From contig OZ245006.1 of the NCBI GenBank assembly GCA_965223545.1, forward strand, positions 6,784,001 to 6,848,000: 64,000 nucleotides of DNA. The letters are read 5' to 3'. Under the pieces are notes generated by a model. That model saw nothing but the letters and a program-made list of their open reading frames with translations, was not told the DNA's origin and made no database searches. This DNA comes from Planctomycetota bacterium (GTDB lineage Bacteria; Planctomycetota; UBA1135; UBA2386). This document shows, piece after piece, positions 42,207 through 50,821 of the stretch. The translations under genes were made by a program, and so were the position numbers. Within the stretch, counting starts at the first letter, position 1, and every line of letters begins with the position of its first letter.

Positions 42207-42327
42207 CGGCGGATTCGTGGTGGGCGACCCGACCGGGGTCGCGGTGTCCCGGCATTTTGCCGGCGGGGGTAGTCGCGCGCTTTCGCCGATAGAATAATCC
42301 GGGGGCCGCGCGGTATGCGCGCCAACG

Positions 42328-43290
42328 ATGTCATCATCCATCGAACTCGAACTGCGCGAGTTGGTTGCGGCGAGTGCCGCGAGAGACGAGGCGCGCCGTC
42401 GGTTGCGGGGCGCGCGGGCGGCGCTGCGGGCCGCCGACCGCGAGCACGGGCAGCGGCGCGCGGCGTTGCGAGCTAGTGAGGCCGCGGTGCGGGCGGCCGA
42501 ACGCCCCCGCTGGTGGCAGCTGCCGGCGGCGCTGTTTCGGGATACGGACGCGGCGATGGAACGCGCTCGGGAACAGCGCGCGAAGGATCGAGAGGCGACC
42601 GAGGCGAGCCGCGCTCGCACGCAGGAGTTGCGCACCGAGGTCGAGGACCTCGAGCGCGCGGCGCAGGCGGCGCCGCCCGATCTCGATGCGCGTCTCGATG
42701 AGGCCTTGGCTGCGGTGGAACGCCGAGTCCTGGCGGAAGGCGGTCCCCGCGCTGCCCGGTTGACCGATCTGGTGGCCCGCAGCGAGGAGCTCGCTGCAGC
42801 CGAGACCGCCCTGGAGAGCGCGTGGCAGCTGGGACGCCGGGCGCGGCGCGCGGTGGGGCGTGCGCGCGACGATCTGCGCGACGCGTCGCGAGTGGGGATG
42901 GTGGACATCGCGGGTGGGGCGGTACTGACGACTTGGGTGAAGCACGACCACCTGCGCTCGGCGCGGCGCCAGATCGCGAGTGCACGCAAGGCTTTGATGG
43001 CGTTCCGTCGCGGCGTCGGTGCGTGTTCCGGTCGGGTGCCGGCGCTCGACAGCGGCGGTGTCGGCGGGTCGTTGGCGATCGGCGATTTCCTGCTCGACTG
43101 CGGAGTCGTCGACGTCGTCGTGCAGACGCGAATCGACAAGATCGCGGAGAGCGTGGATCGCGCGGCCCGTTACGTGGCCCGAGAGATGCGTCGGTTGCGT
43201 GATCGGCGGCAGGAGGTGACTGATGCCCGCGCCGCGTTGGATCGCGAGCGCGCTGCTCTCTTGGAGCCGAGATCGGCATCAGCGGGCTGA
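42328..43290 (+). CDS. Coiled-coil conserved hypothetical protein
   Basis: Heptad-rich ORF with DIAGGAVLTTWVKHDHL and DFLLD..VVD segments. Confidence 0.65.
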   Translation: MSSSIELELRELVAASAARDEARRRLRGARAALRAADREHGQRRAALRASEAAVRAAERPRWWQLPAALFRDTDAAMERAREQRAKDREATEASRARTQELRTEVEDLERAAQAAPPDLDARLDEALAAVERRVLAEGGPRAARLTDLVARSEELAAAETALESAWQLGRRARRAVGRARDDLRDASRVGMVDIAGGAVLTTWVKHDHLRSARRQIASARKALMAFRRGVGACSGRVPALDSGGVGGSLAIGDFLLDCGVVDVVVQTRIDKIAESVDRAARYVAREMRRLRDRRQEVTDARAALDRERAALLEPRSASAG

Positions 43291-43570
43291 GTTGACAGCG
43301 GGGTCGGCGGCGGGTCTGCGCTTTGGCGGAACGCGTCAGCCCGGCCGGGGCCGCGGAGTCGGGCTCCGTCGCCTCACGCGGTTGCTCCGGCACTCGAAGA
43401 GATGCCGGAAGCGCCAGAAATCCGGGGTCGTTCTGCTGGCTCGGGCCAACCAGCTTGTTGCTCGAGTTGCTGTCATGTTCGGCCGCTTCGAATCCGCCAC
43501 CGCCTCGGTCTACGCAGCCAGCGGCCGGACGCCTACACGTTGGAACCGGTGCGTTACCATCGTCGACGGC

Positions 43571-44254
43571 ATGGCATCACCCGTGGATTCGACGAGTTGG
43601 TCGCTGGTGCTCGGGGCCGCCGCGGCGGTGCCGGCGGACCGAGAGGAGTTCGGTCGCCGCTACGGCCCCGTCATCGCCGGCTACTTTGCCGCGCGTTGGC
43701 GGCTGCCGGTCGGTCACGAGCGCGTCGATGATGCGAGGCAGGAGGTTCTCCTTCGCTGCTTCTCGCCCGGTGGTCCGCTGGAACGCGTGGATCCAGCGCG
43801 CTCGGGCGGGTTCCGTGCCTACCTTCGCGGTGTGGTCGGACGCGTCGCGTCAGAGCTGGAGCGGAAGATGAGCCGCCGCGCGCGTCGTGAGGCTCGTGGG
43901 TTCGAGCCCGACGACGTGGCGGCGCTCCAGTCGACTCCCTCGGAGGCGTTTGATCGCGGGTGGGCCGAGATGGTGACCGACCAGGCGTGGGCCGTGATGG
44001 CGGACAAGGCGCGCGGTCATCCGTGGGCGGAGTTGCGGCTGAGGGTCCTTGGCATGCGCTACGCCGATGGCCTGGCGCCGCGCGAGATCGCAGCCGCTAT
44101 CGACGAGCTCGGGGTTCGGCAAGTGCGCCGCATGGTCGCGACCGGCCGGCATCACTTTCGCACCGCGATGATGCACGTCCTCTCCGGATACCACCCGGAT
44201 CTCAGCTCGGTGCAACTCGAGCAAAAGTGCCGTGAGCTGATCGACTTGCTATGA
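43571..44254 (+). CDS. ECF sigma factor of the Ser/Thr-kinase-associated type
   Basis: STSWSLVLGA N-terminus, DPARSGGFRAYLRGV, FDRGWA; ATGA-coupled to a kinase. Confidence 0.8.
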   Translation: MASPVDSTSWSLVLGAAAAVPADREEFGRRYGPVIAGYFAARWRLPVGHERVDDARQEVLLRCFSPGGPLERVDPARSGGFRAYLRGVVGRVASELERKMSRRARREARGFEPDDVAALQSTPSEAFDRGWAEMVTDQAWAVMADKARGHPWAELRLRVLGMRYADGLAPREIAAAIDELGVRQVRRMVATGRHHFRTAMMHVLSGYHPDLSSVQLEQKCRELIDLL

Positions 44255-47200
44255 GCCGACCCGACGACATCGGTTCCACCGGCCGAGGCCCCTTCGATCC
44301 CGCGGATTATCTGGGTCGCGGGCTCAGCTCGGTCATTCGGCGGCAGAGAAGCCGCGCGGGTCCCTACAGTGCACCTGCCGAGACGGCGCCGTCCACACGG
44401 GAGTCGGACTTCGTCGAGCCGGTGCCCGACGAACTCGCGGGTCTGCCAGTCGTGGGGCTGATCGGGCGGGGCGGAGTGGGTTTCGTCTACCGTGTGGTGG
44501 ATCCCAAATTCGAGCGAGACCTCGCGGTCAAGGTGCTGTCGAGGCGATACGCCGGCGACCCGGAGATGGTGCAGAGGTTTTGCGAGGAGGCGAAGATCTG
44601 CGGCCAGCTCCAGCACCCCGGAGTCGTGCCGATCCACGATTGCGATCGTCTCGAAGACGGTCGTCCGTTCTTCACCATGAAGGTGGTCGAAGGCGAGACG
44701 CTGGCGGAGGTCCTTCGGTCTCGGACCGATTCGGCGTCTGCTCGCCAACCCTGTCTCGAAGTCCTCAGCCGAGTTTGTCAGACGGTTGCGTACGTGCACG
44801 CGCGAGGAGTTGTGCACGGAGACCTGAAGCCAAGCAACGTGATGGTCGGAGCCTTCGGAGAGGTGCAGGTGATGGACTGGGGATTCGCGCGCGTCGTGGA
44901 CCCCGAGCGGACTCAGCCCCGTCCGGGCGGAGGCGGCGTGGGGCCCGGCTCCGACGGGTCCTCGTTGCATGTGCTCGGCACGCCAGCGTACATGGCCCCG
45001 GAACAAGCGCGCGGTGATATGGCAGCAATCACTGCGAGGACGGACGTGTTCGGCCTGGGCGCGATCTTGTGCGAGATTCTCACGGGAGCGCCGCCGTACC
45101 AGGGGGAGTCCCGTTCCGAGGTGTATCTCCGTGCAACCCGAGGTTGGCAGGACGACGTGCGCTCTCGGCTCGACGTGTGTGGAGCCGATGGTGCCCTGAT
45201 CGACCTCGCGCGGCGTTGTCTCGAGCTCGAACCGGGTCAGCGACCCGAGGATGCCGGCTCTGTCCAAGGGGAGATCGCGGCCTACTTGGAGTCTGTCGAG
45301 GAGCGTGCGCACCGGCTCGAGCTTCGCGCCGCTCGGGCTGAGGCGCGGGCTGCCCAGGAGCGGCGTTCCCGCCGCTTGGCGACCGCGTTGGCGTCCGTGG
45401 TTGTCGTTGCCGTTGTGACGGTGACGGCCATCGGGATCTGGATGCAGTCGGAGCGCAGCAGCCGCGAAGCAGAGACGCACCGCCTCATCGTTGCGGCCAT
45501 GGAGCGTGCCCGCTTGCTGGGCAGTCAGGCGCGGGGACGTTCTCCCGGCACAGTCCTTGGCTGGCGCGAAGCGGTGGCTTCCGCGCAACAGGCGGTGCAG
45601 CTGGCGGCCGTTCGCGATGCTTCGGCCGATGATTCCGCCCGGGCGGCTGACTTGTTGGCCCAACTCGAGCGCGATCGCTCGGCCGCGGAGCGCGACCGGG
45701 ATCTGCTGGAGTGGCTCGAGGAGGTCCGGCCGCACTACACGGATGACCGCGGATCATCGGGGGTGAGCGAGGCCTACCGGCGGGGCTTCGAAAAGTTCGG
45801 CTTGCCGTTCGATCCATCGGCAATCGACCGGTTTGCGGCAAGGGTCGGTGAGAGCGCGGTCGCGGCCAACCTATGTGCTGCGCTGGACGATTGGGCTTAT
45901 GCGGCCCGCCGGCAAGACGACCCGATTTGGCGGGACCTCGTGGCTGCAGCGCGCGCGGCTGACGCCGATCCAATGCGCGATCGGATGCGGGCTGCGTTGC
46001 TCGAGGGTGATCTCGGAGCTCTCGAGGAGATCGGTGACTCGGGTACTTTTGGCGCGGCCGCCCCAGCCACGGTCAACTTGCTGGCCAAGACGCTGTTCCA
46101 GAGCGGCCGGAAGGACACTGCGATCGGCGTGCTACGCCGCGCTTGCCTCGACCACCCGGACGACTTCTGGATGCAGCACGACTTGGCTGTGTTTCTGAGG
46201 GACCGGCTTGAGCCGCCGTGGAGCGAGATCCTCGGACTATGCCGTGCCGCGGCGGGGCTCCGCCCAAACGACGCCCATGCCCTGACGGACTTGGCCCACG
46301 CGCTCATGACAGTGCAGGAGTTGGATGGGGCCGAGGCAGTGCTGCGTCAAGCCCTCGACGTGCGCCCCGACTACTCGCGCGCCTTGCGCTTCTCGGGATT
46401 GGTTCAGCGCAGGCGTGGCGATATTGCTGGAAGCTGGACTTGGTTCGAGCGAGCCGCGGCGCTGCCTTTGAACAAGGACTCGGCCCTTGCGGCTTGCGAT
46501 GCCGCACTCGCGTGCGTCTACCTCGGCAGGCTTGACCAAGCGGCGTCCCACGCCCTCGATGCGATCGCCGTCCAACCCGAACGCGGCTCCGGCTACCTTC
46601 ACGCTGGATTCGTGGCCTTCTTCGCCGGGAAGTTCGATCAGGCAACCGCATACTATGCCGAAGGACTGCGCTGGAGCCCGGACTCGTCCAACGCATGGAT
46701 GAGGCGAGCCAGAGCCCATCTGCGGATGGGTGAGCTCGGCGAGGCTGACGCTGCCATCGCAAGGGCCGCTGAGACAGCGTTGCCCGCGGGGAGATCTCAA
46801 GTCTCGAGTTTTCGGAGCGTCGTGGATGCCCTGCTGGAAGTCTCTCGGACCGACACGGTGGCGATGCCAGTGTTCGTTGATCCGTTGTTCGTCGAGACAG
46901 GCTTGCGCCGAATTTGGCGTGCGCATCTCTCATTCCTGCGAGGCGATCCAGTCGCAGCGGCCCGCGCGCACGAGAGACTCGCCGAAAGCGACCCGGAGTT
47001 GTTCCGGAGTTGGCGTCACCGGCGGTGGGCTGCGCTCGCGCTGGTCGCCGCGAGCTGGGAGGCGCGTCGCTCGGAAGAAGCGAATCGCTGGCGCGAAAGG
47101 GCCCGATCGTGGTTGGAGCAGCAGCTCGATGTATGGCGCACTTCGCAGCGCGCGGGAAACAGGTCGCCGGCGGACACGTTGCTCGGAATAAGGCTGGTCC

Positions 47201-47331
47201 AAAACGACCCCGCCCTTGCACCCATCCGGTTCGACGCGCCGGAGGGTCGTTTGGCCGAGTCGGAACGGGGCCCTTGGAGCGGCTTCTTCGCGGAGTGTGA
47301 GCGGTTTGCCGATTCGTTGCTCCGAGACTGA
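44251..47331 (+). CDS. Hanks-type Ser/Thr protein kinase with TM and TPR domains
   Basis: GRGGVG, LAVKVL, HPGVVPIH, HGDLKPSN, DWG, GTPAYMAPEQ, DVFGLG; one TM then TPRs. Confidence 0.92.
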   Translation: MSRPDDIGSTGRGPFDPADYLGRGLSSVIRRQRSRAGPYSAPAETAPSTRESDFVEPVPDELAGLPVVGLIGRGGVGFVYRVVDPKFERDLAVKVLSRRYAGDPEMVQRFCEEAKICGQLQHPGVVPIHDCDRLEDGRPFFTMKVVEGETLAEVLRSRTDSASARQPCLEVLSRVCQTVAYVHARGVVHGDLKPSNVMVGAFGEVQVMDWGFARVVDPERTQPRPGGGGVGPGSDGSSLHVLGTPAYMAPEQARGDMAAITARTDVFGLGAILCEILTGAPPYQGESRSEVYLRATRGWQDDVRSRLDVCGADGALIDLARRCLELEPGQRPEDAGSVQGEIAAYLESVEERAHRLELRAARAEARAAQERRSRRLATALASVVVVAVVTVTAIGIWMQSERSSREAETHRLIVAAMERARLLGSQARGRSPGTVLGWREAVASAQQAVQLAAVRDASADDSARAADLLAQLERDRSAAERDRDLLEWLEEVRPHYTDDRGSSGVSEAYRRGFEKFGLPFDPSAIDRFAARVGESAVAANLCAALDDWAYAARRQDDPIWRDLVAAARAADADPMRDRMRAALLEGDLGALEEIGDSGTFGAAAPATVNLLAKTLFQSGRKDTAIGVLRRACLDHPDDFWMQHDLAVFLRDRLEPPWSEILGLCRAAAGLRPNDAHALTDLAHALMTVQELDGAEAVLRQALDVRPDYSRALRFSGLVQRRRGDIAGSWTWFERAAALPLNKDSALAACDAALACVYLGRLDQAASHALDAIAVQPERGSGYLHAGFVAFFAGKFDQATAYYAEGLRWSPDSSNAWMRRARAHLRMGELGEADAAIARAAETALPAGRSQVSSFRSVVDALLEVSRTDTVAMPVFVDPLFVETGLRRIWRAHLSFLRGDPVAAARAHERLAESDPELFRSWRHRRWAALALVAASWEARRSEEANRWRERARSWLEQQLDVWRTSQRAGNRSPADTLLGIRLVQNDPALAPIRFDAPEGRLAESERGPWSGFFAECERFADSLLRD

Positions 47332-47397
47332 GCGCCTGCGTCTCGATCTCTCCGAGATTCTCGCGGTCAAAAAAGACGCGCGGGCCAACGGCTCACC

Positions 47398-48507
47398 GTG
47401 AACGTTGACCACCCACGGCTACTCCTCCGAATCCGGCCGACCGCATACTTGGGTCTCTTCGCCCTCCTGATGGCGATCGGATCATCCGCCTCGTTGGTTG
47501 CGCAGGCGACTGTGCAAGCGAACTACCCGCTGCTGACGGACCTCGCGGATGCCAGCGGCAACTACGCGGACGGCACGCTGCGCGGCGCGCCGCCGCCTGC
47601 TCCGCCCGCCAACGGCGTGTGTACGAATGGTATCTATACGTCGTCTCCGCCCGGTTCCGGGCGGATGCTCGCGCCCGGCAGCCAGGAGTTCCACACAGCG
47701 GACCTATTCAACCTGAACTCGAACGACTTCCAAATCGAGGTCTCGTTCAGGGTTGACGGCATGCCCTACAGGGGGCCGGGGTTTGTGCACGAGGGACCGA
47801 TCCTCGTTGTGAGTCCCTTGTGGAGATGGTTCGGTCTCGCCCTGCTGAACTCCGCGGGCACGTCGACAGCGACGACAGGCGAGTTGGGCGTTTCCTACAA
47901 CAACTCCCTCAAGTCGTGGTCGGCGACGACGGTGAACACGGGTCAATGGTACTCCGCCATGGTGCGGTACGAGGCCGGAACCGTCGAGCTGTACCTCGAT
48001 GGCGCGCGGATCCACCAAGCGTCGATTGGCACTCTCAACACCGGAGGCACGACCGAGATCCTGACGACTGACTATGCGTTCGGCAACGCCTTCAACGGTT
48101 GTATCCGCAATCTGCGGATTTGGAACGACCCCGATTTCTCGACAACGGCAGCGGGTGAGGCGATGCGCCTGGCGTCGCCACCCAATCCGTTGCTCCTGTT
48201 GGGCGGTCAGACAAATCGCCCGATCGTCGGTCAGGTTTGGGACCCACACATCGCAAACCCACCGAGCGGTGCTGTCCTCAATGCGCTGGTCATCGGTGTG
48301 AGTTCCGTGTCGATCCCGCTGCAATTCGGCACTCTCTTGTGTATCCCATCGCTCACCTTGCAGGGCCTACCAGGAGCCCCGTTCCAGATTCCGCTTCCGC
48401 CGAACCCGGCGCTGATCGGTGCGTCTCTTTGCACGCAAGGGGCGTCGGCGACCGCCAGCGCATTGCAGGTGTCAAACGCGATCGATGTCACGTTCGGCAA
48501 CGGCTAG
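47398..48507 (+). CDS. Secreted LamG-like protein with shared C-terminal domain
   Basis: Signal peptide, GQWYSAMVRY..LYLDG..FNGCIRNLRIWN; C-terminal IPLPPNPALIG..CTQG..SNAIDVTFG. Confidence 0.75.
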   Translation: MNVDHPRLLLRIRPTAYLGLFALLMAIGSSASLVAQATVQANYPLLTDLADASGNYADGTLRGAPPPAPPANGVCTNGIYTSSPPGSGRMLAPGSQEFHTADLFNLNSNDFQIEVSFRVDGMPYRGPGFVHEGPILVVSPLWRWFGLALLNSAGTSTATTGELGVSYNNSLKSWSATTVNTGQWYSAMVRYEAGTVELYLDGARIHQASIGTLNTGGTTEILTTDYAFGNAFNGCIRNLRIWNDPDFSTTAAGEAMRLASPPNPLLLLGGQTNRPIVGQVWDPHIANPPSGAVLNALVIGVSSVSIPLQFGTLLCIPSLTLQGLPGAPFQIPLPPNPALIGASLCTQGASATASALQVSNAIDVTFGNG

Positions 48508-48644
48508 CCGCTCGGCCCGAACGCGCGCCCTCCCGGTCCACGGATGTGCGCGTTGCCCTTCTTCTCGCCTCGCGATTGCGGACGCAACGCCCGGGGCAAC
48601 CTTCCTCCCACCCCTTCCCTTCACTCCTGAATCCGCATACACAG

Positions 48645-49751
48645 ATGTTCAGAATCGCTCTTCTTTCGCTCATTGTCGGGAGCTTGCTTCCCGCGCAAAA
48701 CACTGGCATTACGCTCGCCAACACCGTTGACGGGTACGTCGAGGTGCCCTATTCGCCTCAGGTCGTGCCGCAAAGCGGGATCACGGTCGAGGCGTGGATT
48801 ACTTACGATGGCACGACGCTGGGTGCCGGTTGGCGCAACCCGACCATCATAAGGCAGAACCGCAACGCCGCCCAAGAGGCTTACCTGATGCGCGTCGAAG
48901 CCGAAGCCAGTAGCAAGACCGTGCTGCGTTGGCTCGTCACCGCCAGTTCCACCGTGACTGTCGATTGGAACTTCACTGCCGGGCAGCTGCAGACGTGGAC
49001 CCACGTAGCGGGTACCTATGACGGAACGGCAGCGAATCTATATGTCAACGGCCAGTTGGTCGGGACGAGCCCCGGTGCTGGCGCGTTGGTCGACAGTGGA
49101 GACGTCCTGCGCATCGGTAAGGGTTCCGACATCTCGACTCCGATCGAGGTCTGGAATGGCAGTATTGACGAGGTGCGCCTCTGGCCCTTTGCCCGAACCG
49201 GAGCAGAAATCTCGTCCACAATGAACGATGAGCTGTCATCGGTTCCAGGGCTCGTCTCGACCTGGAATCTCAACGGCAACGTGCAGGACTCCTCGTCCAC
49301 GCTCCACGGCAGTGTCAGCGGTGGTGTGAGTTACACCGCTTCTCCCGCACTGACCGTGACACCCCTGTCCAGCTCCGTCTTGGGCGCGGGCACACCCGGC
49401 TGCTTGGGTAGCATTGTCAGCTCGATCGCGGCGGTGCCGCGAGCCGGCAACAGGGGGTTCGCGTTCATGGCGCACCAGGTTCCGGCCGGTGCACCGACGA
49501 TTTCACTGTTGGGCCTTCGAGCGTTGGGCGCCCCGATTCAGATTGCTGGCGTCAATCTCTGGCTCGACCCGACCGCGCTGGTCGGTAGCTTCCCCTGTCC
49601 GGTGGATGCGCTCGGCACTGCCCGCCAACGACTGCCGCTCCCAGCGACCGTGGCAGGGCTGAATGTGATGATTCAGTTCGCCTCGATCGATCTCTGTGGT
49701 CCGCAAGGTCTGACCGCTTCCGACGCAATCTCCCTGCAGTTCGTGCCCTGA
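48645..49751 (+). CDS. Secreted LamG-domain protein with shared C-terminal domain
   Basis: Signal peptide, ITVEAWI, WTHVAGTYDG, LYVNG, WNGSIDEVRLW. Confidence 0.85.
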   Translation: MFRIALLSLIVGSLLPAQNTGITLANTVDGYVEVPYSPQVVPQSGITVEAWITYDGTTLGAGWRNPTIIRQNRNAAQEAYLMRVEAEASSKTVLRWLVTASSTVTVDWNFTAGQLQTWTHVAGTYDGTAANLYVNGQLVGTSPGAGALVDSGDVLRIGKGSDISTPIEVWNGSIDEVRLWPFARTGAEISSTMNDELSSVPGLVSTWNLNGNVQDSSSTLHGSVSGGVSYTASPALTVTPLSSSVLGAGTPGCLGSIVSSIAAVPRAGNRGFAFMAHQVPAGAPTISLLGLRALGAPIQIAGVNLWLDPTALVGSFPCPVDALGTARQRLPLPATVAGLNVMIQFASIDLCGPQGLTASDAISLQFVP

Positions 49752-49900
49752 GCGTCCGGGTCCGAGAGTCTTCGCGCGGCGACAACCTTTCGGAAGGCTC
49801 GTTGTCGCCGGAACTTCGATACCGCAACTCCCGGAGGCTCGAAACCAACACCGGCTGCTGGCCGCATCAGCGCGGCCACGGTCGCAACCTGACTCGGCGC
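49749..49900. repeat. Structured intergenic repeat, copy 2 (inverted module B' + start of module A)
   Basis: Reverse complement of ~49750-49855 matches 60886-60991; TCAGCGCGGCCACGGTCGCAACC at 49867-49889 matches the module A start. Lies between convergent genes. Confidence 0.9.
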
Positions 49901-49945
49901 CGCTCGACGATTCGCGGCGGTGTCGCGGCCAAGGCTCTGGGTGAT

Positions 49946-50698
49946 CTAACGGGTCGCGCCGCGCAGGGCGCGCTCCGGCAGGTAATCGCCGAACAGCTTC
50001 CAGTCCATGCCGTCGCCCCAGCCGGCGCCGTGGTCGCTGGTCATCCGCTCCTCGGTCCTCGCGCTGATGCGGTGCTCGCCGAACGCCAGCGCGGCGAGAA
50101 TGCGTCCGGGGCGCAGGTGACGGCTGGCCCAGCTCAGCGGTGAGTCGCCGTGCGCGTCGCGGGCGGTGACGTCGGCGCCGTGCTCCAGCAGCAGGTCGAT
50201 GGTGGCCCGGTCGGCGTACGCCGCGGCGCGGTGCAGCGGGGTCTCGCCACAGGTGCGCACGTCGCGCATGAAGCCGTCGCTCTCGGCGCCGGGGATCGTC
50301 GTGGCGTTGGGGTCGGCGCCGCGCTCGAGCAGCAGCTGCACCGTATGGCGGTAGTACGGTCGCCCGGCCTTGGCGAGGGCGTTGTGCAGCGGCGTCTCGC
50401 CGGTCGATGCCACGCAACATCGCGGATCGGCGCCGCGCTCGATCAGAAAGTCGCAGACGTGCCAGTGGCCGAAGAACGCCGCGTGGTTGAGCTCGTCGTC
50501 GAGAACCAGGCTGGAGAGGTCGTCGCCGGCTCGAACGAGTGCGCGGAGCGCGGTGAGGTCTCCGTAGTACACCAGCCACTGGGCTGGTCGCACCGAGCCT
50601 CGCGCCAGAGCCGAGCGCCAGTCGTCGAGGGCCAAGAGCTCGAAGATCAGATCAGTGCGGCCGCGGCGGATGCCGTCGAGAATCGCGGTCAGGTCCAT
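49946..50698 (-). CDS. Ankyrin-repeat protein
   Basis: GETPLHNA, GETPLHRAAA, GDSPLSWAS, LLERGADPN. Confidence 0.9.
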   Translation of the reverse strand: MDLTAILDGIRRGRTDLIFELLALDDWRSALARGSVRPAQWLVYYGDLTALRALVRAGDDLSSLVLDDELNHAAFFGHWHVCDFLIERGADPRCCVASTGETPLHNALAKAGRPYYRHTVQLLLERGADPNATTIPGAESDGFMRDVRTCGETPLHRAAAYADRATIDLLLEHGADVTARDAHGDSPLSWASRHLRPGRILAALAFGEHRISARTEERMTSDHGAGWGDGMDWKLFGDYLPERALRGATR

Positions 50699-50821
50699 AT
50701 CAGTGATGCGGTCGAGCGTGTTCCGGAGCCTTGACGACATTCTGCCCGAAACTCGAGAATCGTGAGACACAGATTCGCGGTGTTCCGAATTGGGGGGACA
50801 ACTTCACCAAAGTATGAGCCC

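Noticed and set aside
43541..43570. ECF autoregulatory promoter GGAACC..CGTC
   Set aside because: Spacing of 13 nt is shorter than typical; not supportable.
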